Origin: Octopus vulgaris
Lineage: Eukaryota
Reading direction: 5' to 3'
DNA length: 64,000 nucleotides
Assembly: GCA_951406725.2 (NCBI GenBank)
Contig: OX597814.1
Coordinates: 123,690,001 to 123,754,000, forward strand
Shown: positions 1-11,250 of the stretch, one piece after another
Numbering within the stretch: the first letter of the stretch is position 1
Layout: each line of letters opens with the position of its first letter
Position numbers and translations under genes: made by a program
The notes under the pieces: model-generated
Seen by the model: only the letters and a program-made list of their open reading frames with translations
The model's database searches: none
What the model was told of the DNA's origin: nothing

Positions 1-662
1 GAGAAGACCCATCAAGCCAAGCAAAATCGCAGTCGTGATAGATACCGGTGTCATGTAAAAGCACCCATTGGAGTGGTTGGCATTAGGAAGGGCATCCAGC
101 CATAGAAAACCATACCAAATCAGACTGGAGCCTGGCACAGCCTTCTGGCATGCCAGCCCAGTCAAACTGTCCACCCCGTGCCAGTACAGACAACGGACAT
201 TAAATGATGATGATAATTGTGTGTGTGTATATGTACATATATATATAAAGGTAGTTTTCACTTGTGTTTAAATGTACACTATTTTATATATATACAGATA
301 GATAGATAAATACATACATACAACGGGCTTCTTTCAGTTTCTGTCTACCAAATCCACACAAGACTTTGGTCAGTCTGAGGTTATAGAAGAAGACACTTGC
401 CCAAGGTACCACACAGTGGGACTGAAACCCACTGTGTTTTCTAACACATGCATGCACATGTGTGTGAGAGGGAGCAATTACAAACACTCACATATCAACA
501 TCACCCTTATCTTATTTATCTAGGTAATGGTTTTCAAATGGGTTAGACAAATGGTTACTTAGAAGTGACAGTAGTTTTTAGGCCTTGGAATGGTATGCAA
601 AAGGTTAGACAAATGGCGCAAGATCTAATAACCTAAGAAAGAAAAGAATAACAAATGCTTAC

Positions 663-814
663 GTTTGCCATGTTTATCAAATAAAGACATTCCTGAGGCA
701 GTCTTTGTCTTGGCTTCCTGTAGCCAGCCTGGAGGGTATCCATAGAACCTCATTCTGTATATATGAATGGGTACTGTGCTGGGGCCTAGTCTCATAGCTT
801 CTCGTAAACTGTCA
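663..814 (-). CDS. ZCCHC8: ZCCHC8 exon 10, PSP domain (DSLREAM...YRMRFYGYPPGWL...DKHGK)
   Basis: CAG acceptor, GTAAGC donor; GYPPGWL PSP signature. Confidence 0.94.
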
Positions 815-3800
815 CTGGGATAGAATAATTCAATAGATAATCTTGATAAAAGACTTTTCTTACAAAACAATTAATAACGTGGAGGATGCAATAAAAGTGT
901 GATGGTGTTGGAGCTGTAAAACGAGTTGAAAAGTGAAAACAATTAAAGAGAAACAAATAGAACCGTTCTTGGGATCCACAAACTGAAGAGAACTAGAAAA
1001 TAGAACTTCGGTAAATTAAAAAAATTGGTGGGATCATATTAAGAAATACTGGAGGAGAGGAATGAAATAGATGAAGAAAATATAATCAGTTTTAAGTCAA
1101 AATATTATGGATGAAGCATTTGAAAATCTGAAAGTACAGCTAAATAAAATGTGAATGAGACTACAGAAAATTAGAAGTCATGTTGTACATAGAATATAGG
1201 AACTTCATATACAACTGAGAGATTGTTTAAAAAACTAGAAAGGAAACTTAACTTTAATGTCATTGAGTCTAGAGAGGGTCGATTTGCAGAAAAATGCATG
1301 CACTGGTTGTATCTCACTTCTTTTTATTATTACTTGTCAGTTAGTTGACTAATTAACCAATTAACTAATCAATTACTTGACTAATTGATAGATCAATCAA
1401 TCAATTGGTTTGCCAGAGTCCTTTCACTGCCATTCATGACATCACTAACAATGTGCCTTAGTTGTTCCAGGTCTGTCATCAACTGAACAATTAACTGATT
1501 AAATAAACAATTAAGTAATCGATTAATTAGTTGGCAAGTAATAATGAAAAGAAGTGAAGTTGAGCCCATGTGTGTATTTTTATTGGCAATATGACCCTCC
1601 TAAGATACGATATCCATTTCAACACACAATTTCCCATGAAGAAATTTGGAAAACAAATAAATAACCTTAATGATTAAGGTGAATAGTAGAATAGAATAGA
1701 TGTGGCTGAGCGTAACAATCCAAAACTTACCTTAAATAACCAGGTTTAAAGGAAGAAAACCGTGGATCAGTTTCAGCATGGTAGCGAGAAGTTCTGTAAT
1801 TTTGTAAAAAAAAAAAAAAAAGCTTACTAATTTCACAAAGGTATGAATATTAGTTAAAATACAATATAAAACAGGGGTCATGGGGATGCTACTAACAGAC
1901 TGCTAATTTGTAGTAGAACTGAAATACTACTCTGAAAAGGTTGCAAAACACAATGAAAATTTTAGGAAAATAAAAATAAGAAATAAGTGGAAATTTTACC
2001 GGTGAGTGTGTTACATTATAAGGCACAAAAAGACAACGACTCTCTCCAGACACAACAGAATATGCTTCAACATACAAACTCATATAAAGAATCTTGCAAA
2101 CCAAATCCAAAAACAAACTGGAATACTACTCGTTTTAGCTATTTCTCTTAAAACTATTTTAGATATTCCTGAGAAAGCACAAATAACAGACAACCTCAGG
2201 TAAACTGTCCTAAAACAGACACAAGAGCTCCAAACCCTTCTAGCTACAACTGTGGTCACCCTCACAGCAACCAGTGTTTACAGCTTGACAACAAATATGA
2301 TACTTCAAATACTTACTTGGGGTTATTACTCTGGCTATTTTGCATAAAGTTCTGGCGATTCATCTGGATACGAGCTGCATCTCTCTTCTCTTTACAATCT
2401 CTGATCATATGGGCTCCGCCACAGTTGAAACACTGTGGCTTCCTCCTGAAATAATGCAATAGACAGCATGAAGCCAAGATATAGAGATATCAAGCCAATA
2501 TTACACAATGGGAAAATTTCAATGAAATAGTAATTAAGAGAAAATTAGCTAGAATTATTGTTCCTATTTGTTCCAGCACAGGTCAATAGAAAATACCAAA
2601 TATATAAAAAATATCTTCTTATTTCCATTGTCTATGTCTGTGCACCACAACTGGTGTTCTGCAGTGTAACCTGACTATAATTTTTTTCCTTTTAGTTATA
2701 TCTTTAATGCAGGTATGTTGAAAAGAATATAAATGTACTGCAAGTGAAAAAAAGTTGCAGAGCACTGGTCTATATTTTGTTTGTTCCTTCTTGAGCCACA
2801 CCTGGCTCATAAGGGCTGGTTTCCCGGTTTCCTTGGTGTATAGGTTCCCCACCTGGACGGGACGCCGGTCCATCACAGGTGAGCTGCAAGATGCAGAAGG
2901 GAAGAGTGAGAGAAAGTTGTGGCGAAAGAGTCAGCAGAAGTTTGCCATTACCCTCTGCCAGAGCCGTGTGGAGCTTAGGTGTTTCGCTCATAAACACACA
3001 CATCACCTGGTCTGAGATTCGAACCCGCTATCCCTCGACCGTGAGTCCGCTGCTCTAACCACTAGGCCATGTGTCTCCACACTGGTCTATATTAGAGATC
3101 ATTGTATTGTTATTGTTGTTTCTCTAACAAAAGGTCAGTGTTACAACCTGAGATGGAGTGAGGATGGCTTCATTTTAAAACTTGTGTGGAGAAATGGCTA
3201 TGAGTGCATAGTGGATATAGAATGTATTTCTGACAGTTGAACTGAGGCAATGCAGAATAAAGTGTACTGACCAAATAAACAAAGAAATACCTGCAGTGGA
3301 TTTGAATTTAAGATCACCGACCCTGTGGTCCAATACCATATCTATTTGGTTATTGTCTTTTAACCGTGTGTGTGTGCATGCATATTTCTGTTACCAAGTC
3401 AAATAGTATTACAGAGTTGAAGTAATGCTGTAGTGTCAACCAACCTTTCTGGTTTACTCTCTTTGGGTACATCCCCCTCTTCCAGGTCAATGGGAAGAGC
3501 TTCGAAGAAGACTTGTTCATATCTTTTCATTAAGGAAAATAACATGGAACTAATGAACCAAATTTTGGAATTTCATATTCAAATTAACAGTCACAAGACA
3601 ATACCATATCTAACGAAGCAACTCATTAAGAAATTTTTTTATCATCATCATTATAACCAGCAACACAAATGAAAGACTAATAATTCTCACAGACAGATTT
3701 CAAAAGTAAAAAACATGTAAAGGATACTTTGGTATTTCCCAACTGTCAGTCAAAGAGGGTTCAAAATTCACTAAAGGCCAACCTGATGTATCAATCATAA

Positions 3801-6800
3801 AGTTATTGTAGAACTGACTGGTGCCAATGATCTGGTAATCGGAGTAAAATAGAATAGAATATGATGAAAATTTGGAATGTATGATGGAGGGTGAGATAGC
3901 AATGCAGTGGGGAAAATGAAATAGTTTATTGTAAAAACATTACATATTAATAGGACATGGTGCTTATGAGAAACAACTATTATATGCCTGTAGTTGGTGA
4001 CATAAAACAAATGTCACTTGTATGACAAGCTTATTTACAACTATCATGATGTCTAGACAAGGGCACACAAAAACACACATATACATAAACATACGACAGA
4101 CTTCTTTCAGTTTCCATGTAATAAGTCTACCCACAAGGTCTTGCGCAGCGGGTTTGATCCTGAGGCCACATGACTGGGAAGCTTGTCAATCACACAGCCA
4201 TGCCTGTGCCTATGCAAGTATCATGACCATTATTTACATTGGATGGATATGTGTCCTCATCTCGTTTGTTGTTACCACAACGTTTCGGCTGACTTACTCT
4301 CCAGCCTTCATCAGATGTCCTGGGAGAATTTTGAACCCAACCCTGGGTTCTCATTCTTAAGGTATTTTTTGCTGATGCTATTATTATTATTATTATTATT
4401 TATACAAAGCAGTGCCTGGAACTGAACTCACAATTTTGGGGTTAGTAGCCCGCGCTCTTAGCCATTACGCTATATGCCCACGGGCACATAGTATAATCCC
4501 GATCAATTCCAAGCAGTGGAAGGAAGGAAGGGAGGGAATAAATGAATAATAATAATAACAACAATATCAGCAGTAAAAAAATACCTTAGGAATGAGAACC
4601 CAGGGTTGGGTTCAAAATTCTACCAGGACACCCAATGAAGGCTGGAGAGTAAACCAGCCGAAATGTGGTAACAAAAAACAAGATGAGGACACACATCCGT
4701 CCAATGTAAATAATGTACAGAATTCCTAATCTAAAATGTAGAATAGTATCGTGAAATCATTAAGGTGAAACTTACCGCATGGTTACACCACATGTTATGG
4801 CCCCTCTGTTCCGAATCTAACTCATCATTTAAGTCAACACAAGTCAGTGAGGAGGCCTAAATGAAAACAAAACAATACAGAGTAATAAGCTATATGACTT
4901 GTCTTTAGCAAACATTGAAATAATGAATCTACAGTCACGAAACCAGCACTTCAACCTCACAGACATTGTAGCAGAGATTCACTAGTTTTAGAGCTTTGAT
5001 AACTAATAACTGGCATTCAGTTGGTTATGACGAGGATTCCAGTTGATCCAATCAATGGAACACCCTGCTCATGGAATTAATATGTAAGCACTAGTGTAGC
5101 TAGAGTGTGTGCTGCCCCAGGGTGGCCCTTATATTTGCCACCCCTGCACCCCACAAAAAACACATATTGCCTACAGTAGACCCAAAAGTGCCACCCAGGA
5201 CAGACTGCCCTGCACCAGCTACACAAGTACATGTAAGTGGCTGAGCACTCCACAGATATGTGCACCCTTAATGTAGTTCTCAGGGAGATTCGGTGTGACA
5301 TGGAATGTGACAAGGCTGGTCCTTTGAATTACAGGTACAACTCATTCTTGCCAACTGAGTGAACTGGAGCAATGTGAAATAAAGTGTCTTGCTCAAGGGC
5401 AAAATGCACTACCAGATATTGAACTCATGACCTTATGATTATGAGCTGAATACCCTAACCACTTAGCCATGCTTTGATGATGATTAGTTGAAAATGGTTT
5501 AGTGGGTTTGTTTGTGGAGTGTTTTGAACATCTCTGGAGCATGCAAGGAATACGGTTTACACTATGATTGTCTGTACATTGTAATGTATAAAATTGCAAT
5601 ACCCTACAATTACTTTTTAAAGTTATCTCTACTGATTTTCTATAGAAACTAGAGCTAGTACTGGAAGTTACAATGTTTCACAGATGAATATCATCATCAT
5701 TTTAACGTCTGTTGTCCATGCTGGCATGAGTCGGATGGTTTGACTGAGCTGGTACACTGGAAGGCTGCGCCAGGCTCCAGTCTGATTTGGCATGGTTTTC
5801 TACAGCTGGATGTCCTTCCTAATGCCAACCTTCTGTACAGTTATCATGGGACAAAACAAAGAAACATTAGATGTAGTGTTTCTCTTACATGTAACCGTGA
5901 ATATTTTTTTTATATTTCTTTGTTTCTTTTAATCATAGATGAAGGAGGAGTGATAGATTCTATAACATTTGCAGACCATCTCACATCAGTGAGAAGTTCA
6001 CATCTTGAACTTCTGTGGAGATAATGTGAACGAGGAATGAATTCCAGAGGACTGCAATTCTGGAGAAGGTTAATGGGGAAGTGATTAATTTAAGTTTCAC
6101 AAGTGAGATACAGTAGAGGTGATGAGAAGTTATTGATTAGGTCCAGGTGAGCCCTAATTAATAGGTTTATGATCAAAAGCATTCTAGCCATCATCTTTTT
6201 TTATATATTCAAGCATTGTATATTTAATACAGATATCAAATGTCTTAGATATCAATATGTTTAAGATGGTAGGGTGGGATGGGTAGGGTTAAGTGAAATT
6301 TGGCTGCTATTTCTGGTAAGTTGAGTGACCACATAAAGAGGTCAATGCATTAGGTGGGCTTGAGTGAAAGAGGTGGTCCATGACTTGCTAGTTCAGAATA
6401 AAAAAATAGCCATTATTCTAGTGGTAAAAGAATTGGAGAGAAAATATAGCTCATCTGAGAGCTAGTGGTGTATTTGAGAATGAGTCCTTACCAATCAGCT
6501 CCATGTATAAAATGTATGTCTAACACTACCTGGGATAAAATTGTGTATATGACAGCCGAACTATTGCAGATATGTTTGAATATGATTGTAGCTTCGCATG
6601 GTATATAGTTATAATTAAGTGGTGTGGACTGTTGAGATTTGATTGAATTGACAAGGGACACATCACTGACCTTTCGAATGTTGAGTGATTCAGTACTCTA
6701 ACAATTCAGTCATTTGTGACCCCTATTTGGTTTCTTATGTTGATTCCTTAATTAAATTCATAAAATTCACACACAAAACAAAAAAAAAAAACATTCCATT

Positions 6801-9800
6801 CTTTCACAATACTTACTTTCAAATTTAAATCTGGTAACTTTTCATATCTTTCTCTCTGATGTCTGAATATCAAATGGTTGATGAAGTCCTCAATTTCAGA
6901 GCGATATTTGCTAACAACAAAATTATAGAAGGAAACTAGAGGATGGTCTTAGATTATCTTTTAATAATTAGGAGAAAAGACACAGCAATTAATTTATCTA
7001 GTGTGAGACTGAGAGAAAGGAAAAACAGAACAAAAAAACCCCACATAAAATTGTAAGGTCAAACAATTAGTTGAACAATTTTTAAAAATAAATAAACATT
7101 TTCTTTTCAAAGAAAATGTTTATTTATTTGTGCAGGTGGCACATAAATGAGCGTGGCCATTGCCAGTACCGCCTGACTGGCCCTCGTGCCGGTGGCATGT
7201 AAAAGCACTCACTACACTCTCGGAGTTGTTGGTGTTAAGAAGGGCATCCAGCTGTAGAAACTCTGCTAGATCAGATTGGAGCCTGGTGCAGTCATCTGGT
7301 TCACCAGTCCTTAGTCAAATCGTCCAACCCATGCTAGCATGGAAAGCGGACGTTAAACGATGAAACAATTTCTTTGAAAATGAAATAAATATATTTCATT
7401 AAAAAAAAAAGATTTTTCCTGGTAGACATTCAGTTTATTTAAGAACTGACAATAACATCTCCATAAATTAAACAGATCAAGCACATGGCAACCTCTCTAG
7501 TGAGGGAGTCAAGAAAAGTGCACCAAATACATTCCATAAGGTGACTGGAGGTAGGAAGGGTACCCAGAAACAAAGATGAGTGAAAGAAATGTGAGTCTCC
7601 AATTTATCAAGAAGAGCAGACTTTCCAAATAAAAACTGACTAAGATGACCCATCTAATCAAAGCCAGTATGAATAGTGGACATAAAACGATGATGGTGAC
7701 AATATATATCCTGACAATAGAGAAGTAAAGAGTAAAACATATTGATTTAGGCTGTATACTAACCGAGAAAATGCATTATTCTGGTATATAATTTGAAGAC
7801 CTGGAGACTCTTCATCTGGAACACACCTAGCAGCATGGAAGAGAATAATAGAAACATAACTACGATGTTAAGAACAAAAAAAAAACACAAAAAAAAAACT
7901 AAGAGTTACTCTAATGAAAGTTGATGGTTTGAATATATCTATCAGAAAATATTGAAATATCTACAAAAAATAAAATCCCACAGGTAATATTATTAAAGAA
8001 CAGGTGACAGATGGTGACAGAAAGGGCATCCAGCCACAGAAAATCTGCTTCAACAAATTCTGTCCGACTGATGCAAGTATGGAAAAGAGGACTTTAAAAA
8101 TGATGATGGTGATGATGATAATACGTGATCTGGATTAAGATATTTTGCTAAGTCAAGATCATCATCATCACCATCAATATATGAGGCGTTTAGTAACAGA
8201 CTGTCATAAGCGTCAACGCAGCCAAAGTTCTGTGACATTCAAAATGTGATATCTTGGCAAGGAATGAAGTTAGGAAGCTGATTTTGGTCTTAAAATGACA
8301 GTGAAGACTTCCTCTAATCATTCCACCTATGTAAAGTTATTTAGTTATGTATGCATTTGAAAGATGAAACAATGACTACGTCTTTCTCATTTTGTAGAAT
8401 ATACCAGTACTATGAAATGGTGTATTGCATTGCATATTTTAGCCATAGTATCTAGAGAAAATATACAGAGACCCTTATCAAAGGTATTGTTTGTGTTTTA
8501 ATATACTAAGGTATCTTTAAGAGGCAAGTAAGACAAGATAGTAAGATAATAGCCCATTATCATTACGAGGAGTATTAGAAAGTGAGCCATAACACTTCAG
8601 AAAATGATAGAGACCACACCAAAGTTGTTGATTGAGAGTGTGTGCTTACAATGGTGTGTTACTAAACTCTCTGGTCTGAGTTTGGGTGAGTGAGCATCAT
8701 ATCAATAGTGTTGAGGTACAATTTTTTTTCAGACAGATTTTTGACCTCTTTGCAAGCCTCAGCAGTTCTTTCTTCCAACTTTTTCGGATTCTAGACATCG
8801 AGGCAAAGAAAATGATAAACAAACCTCGAAAATGGTCGGGATGGCACTTATGACACTCTGTCACTAAACACCTCAAATGTATAATGATTTAATATTAAAT
8901 ATAGAAAGCCATAGCAGATATTGGTTAAAATTGTGGTACTGAATAACTGAAAGACAGTTTATAGTTTGAGTACTGCCACAAAGTCAGGTTTTTTTATTTT
9001 TCCAAGTTTAATAAATTGTCACATTTGAATATTCATTTCTAAATGTCAAACATTTGTTTTATAAGTCAACTTAAACCAACATATGAAACTTTCAAAATTA
9101 GTCAATAAATATATTTTACCTGGTGGAGTCAATCTTCTTAGCAAACTTTCTCAGTTTATCACCTATACATTCCAGTTAAGGACATATAACAATGGTTATC
9201 AAAATCTGACAATATTATACCAAATTAAGCAATGTTTAAATTAACTTAATTGCCTGCAAAATACAGAAAGTTCATTTGTTATATCTCTGTTACCATTTAT
9301 TGCTAATCACAAAACCATTCTATTCTACAGTGGAGGATACTTGGAAATTTGCGAAAAATAAATAAAATAATTAATACAGTGATATGAGCTAAATGCAGAG
9401 GAATATGATGCAAAGATTGCAAAGAAAAGTGACACCATGATCACAAGAAGAAAGGCAAGTACCACAAGATATTAAAATACTGTTAAGACTGACCTGAATT
9501 ACTCAACTGTTCTAATTAACCCCAAAATATACCAGATTTTACAAAAGTATTTTTTTTAAAAACTGACTCTCTGCTTCAATTGCCAAAGAATTACACTACA
9601 AAATTTGTGTAGAGGAAATACAGTTGATTTAAAATCATTCTTTCATGCAGTAGTTATCAAAGTTTCAAACTTCAACTGATACTTATTAAAAGTAAGTACA
9701 TAATTCATTTTAATGATACTTTCATAAGGAAAAAATCTATACATTTTATTCTAATCACTATCGGAAGAACAAAATTTCATTATCATACGTGGAGTAAAAA

Positions 9801-10805
9801 TGAAAGTAATTGGCCTAACTTCCCATGAAAAGAAAATGAAAGTAATCTTTAAAACTCGTATTAAAAACTATTATTGGCAGAGTGGAAAACTATTGTTACT
9901 TAACCAAAACTAAACATTGGAAACACAAATGATCGAGAAAAACTAGTAATAAATCAAATAATGCATTAAATTCTAATCAAAAACTAGTGTTTAATGAATA
10001 TCCTGACAGATACATGAGGAGTCTCACATCAGATGTGTAAGGGTTGAACTGAAAATGTATACAGAAAAGAGATTTATTTAGGTAAAGCAGATTAGTTAGT
10101 TGGAAGTGGGTAAAATAGGAACTCAATCACAACAACAACAACAATTTAAAAAACGCGATAAAAGAACAATCGCATACAAATCGAAAGATTTAACTTGACA
10201 CAAAAACGTGGAGCTCGTATTGACAGAAGATAATCAAAATAGAAACTATAAATGTATGTGTGTGTATGTATGTATGTGTGCATGTATATATATATATATA
10301 TATATATACATATATATGCGTGTGTGAGTGTGTAATATATATATATGTGTTAGAAACAATAATAGCAAGTAAATAATGGTTAACACGTGTTAAGGATACG
10401 TTCAAACTGTAGCTGGTGATTGGTGTGTTTCATCATACCAACGAGCATCTCTCCATTCCTTTTCTTTCGTTTTTTACTCTGCTTCTCGCTTTTTCCTTCT
10501 GCGGCAACATCCTCGGTCCGTTTATCTGTAATAATATCATCTCCATCCTCATTTGTTTGATCATTGCTGTCTTTGTCTTCGCTGTCTTCCTCTTCGCTAT
10601 CATCTGAAACTTCGGCGGCTTCTCCGGAGGATTTAGAATCTAACTCAGAAGATGAACTGGAATCTGATTCTTCAAAACGAAATATGATTTTACTCCGATC
10701 TTCGGAGCCGTATTCATTTTGGTTGTATGATATAAATGTCGATGCAGAAGACCTGTCTCTTTCAAATTCTTCAAAAAGTGAAGAATCTCCAAATGAAGAC
10801 GCCAT
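663..10805 (-). CDS. ZCCHC8: Zinc finger CCHC domain-containing protein 8 (NEXT complex scaffold), 10 coding exons in window, 3' part beyond the left edge
   Basis: Exons 10805-10400, 9162-9120, 7826-7764, 6910-6817, 4856-4776, 3831-3728, 3522-3445, 2445-2317, 1793-1731 and 814-663 join in frame with GT-AG boundaries (1213 nt). The product has the ZCCHC8 hallmarks FGDxxLFEEF, LQIIYQNNAFSRKYRSEIEDFI, WEIPKYEQVF, the knuckle CFNCGGAHMIRDC, RYHAE..FKPG and the PSP domain IYRMRFYGYPPGWL. Confidence 0.95.
1268..1603. mobile_element. Old fold-back MITE in ZCCHC8 intron 9
   Basis: TCACTTCTTTTTATTATTACTTG (about 1314) versus CAAGTAATAATGAAAAGAAGTGA (about 1535); degenerate GAGGGTC/GACCCTC termini. 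Confidence 0.6.
1731..1793 (-). CDS. ZCCHC8: ZCCHC8 exon 9 (TSRYHAETDPRFSSFKPGYL)
   Basis: CAG acceptor, GTAAGT donor; RYH..FKPG motif at the start of the PSP domain. Confidence 0.92.
2317..2445 (-). CDS. ZCCHC8: ZCCHC8 exon 8, zinc knuckle (RKPQCFNCGGAHMIRDC...)
   Basis: TTTCAG acceptor, GTAAGT donor, 129 nt in frame, CCHC motif. Confidence 0.93.
2777..3079 (-). mobile_element. tRNA-derived SINE with 14-bp TSD
   Basis: Head TGGCCTAGTGGTTAGAGC...GGTTCGAATCTC; TSD CACTGGTCTATATT at 2763-2776 and 3080-3093; related copy at about 61790-62107. Confidence 0.85.
3445..3522 (-). CDS. ZCCHC8: ZCCHC8 exon 7 (YEQVFFEALPIDLEEGDVPKESKPE)
   Basis: U12 branch TTCCTTAAT plus AAG acceptor; completes the WEIPKYEQVF motif; GT donor. 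Confidence 0.88.
3523..3727 (-). other. U12-type GT-AG intron 6 of ZCCHC8
   Basis: Donor GTATCCTTT; branch site TTCCTTAAT at 3537-3529 followed directly by GAAAAG. Confidence 0.9.
3728..3831 (-). CDS. ZCCHC8: ZCCHC8 exon 6 (IIGTSQFYNNFMIDTSGWPL...WEIP)
   Basis: CAG acceptor, 104 nt, ending at the U12 donor GTATCCTTT. Confidence 0.92.
4228..4745. mobile_element. Inverted-repeat element: tRNA-like head, (TAA)n, Penelope-like tail with hammerhead-like core
   Basis: Arms about 4228-4400 and 4545-4715 are reverse complements; minus strand CTGATGA-A-GGCTG..CAGCC-GAAACGTT at 4314-4279; tRNA-like A and B boxes at 4479-4413. Confidence 0.7.
4776..4856 (-). CDS. ZCCHC8: ZCCHC8 exon 5 (ASSLTCVDLNDEL...CNHA)
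   Basis: TTTAG acceptor, GTAAGT donor, 81 nt, phase 0-0. Confidence 0.82.
5089..5229. mobile_element. Small hAT-like MITE inserted into a SINE
   Basis: Termini CACTAGTGTAGCT / AGCTACACAAGTA with 8-bp TSD TATGTAAG / CATGTAAG. Confidence 0.65.
6817..6910 (-). CDS. ZCCHC8: ZCCHC8 exon 4 (KYRSEIEDFINHLIF...LNLK)
   Basis: TAG acceptor, GTAAGT donor, 94 nt in frame. Confidence 0.9.
7764..7826 (-). CDS. ZCCHC8: ZCCHC8 exon 3 (CVPDEESPGLQIIYQNNAFS)
   Basis: AG/GT boundaries, 63 nt in frame; resembles the vertebrate LQILFMNNAIS segment (recalled). Confidence 0.9.
9120..9162 (-). CDS. ZCCHC8: ZCCHC8 exon 2 (43 nt, DKLRKFAKKIDST)
   Basis: Preceded by U12 branch site TCCTTAAC and TAG, followed by GTAAAA; phase 1 to phase 2 fits both neighbours. 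Confidence 0.88.
9163..10399 (-). other. U12-type (minor spliceosome) GT-AG intron 1 of ZCCHC8
   Basis: Donor GTATCCTTAA; branch site TCCTTAAC at 9182-9175, 12 nt before the exon; no polypyrimidine tract. Confidence 0.92.
10400..10805 (-). CDS. ZCCHC8: ZCCHC8 coding exon 1 (MASSFGDSSLFEEFE...HQLQFE)
   Basis: ATG at 10805, 406 nt, ending at the U12-type donor GTATCCTTAA (10399-10390). Confidence 0.92.
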
Positions 10806-11250
10806 GTTTACTGTTGTGTTGTAGTAATTATAAAATGGGAAATCCCGGAACGAGGAATTAAAACGAAAATCCCACTTGAATTTTCACTATCTGTCCATTT
10901 TATTTATTTTCATGTATTTAATATACTTTACAGGTAAAACATTGATTCCAAACTACTTCTTAGATGATGTCCAATCGCAAAAAAACCTAATTACTGCTTT
11001 AACAAGTCATTAGCTGCTTTTATGAACTTTTTACACGAGTAACCAAACTAAATTCACAAAAATAAGATAAAGTAAAATTTAAAATACATAAAATACCAAT
11101 AAACATTAGCATGAATTCTAATTTTATTATTTCTTTGTTTAAAGCCAGCTTTTTTCTTCGGGTTCGTTTCTTAATTCCGGTTGTATTTGCAGTCGAAGCA
11201 GAAGTGTTTATCATCGACTTTGACTACTGCGTTTTGAGCGGTAAATAATT
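10806..11250. promoter_or_regulatory. Putative (possibly bidirectional) promoter upstream of ZCCHC8
   Basis: Repeat-free, CpG-retaining segment next to the ZCCHC8 ATG; ETS-like CCGGAA (10845) and TTCCGG (11175); candidate + strand donor GCG|GTAAAT at 11240/11241. Confidence 0.4.

Noticed and set aside
3005-3079. tRNA-like sequence (similar heads at about 32135-32205, 41715-41790 and 62030-62105)
   Set aside because: SINE heads: acceptor stems are imperfect and they continue into repeat bodies, with a TSD in this case; not tRNA genes.
5939-6068. Exon-like + strand segment antisense within a ZCCHC8 intron
   Set aside because: Good pyrimidine tract but weak donor, stops in the frames examined, and no partner exons.
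10380-10399. ORF-track C-terminus RILNTC* of the 141-aa ORF
   Set aside because: Read-through into the U12 intron; the true exon ends at 10400.
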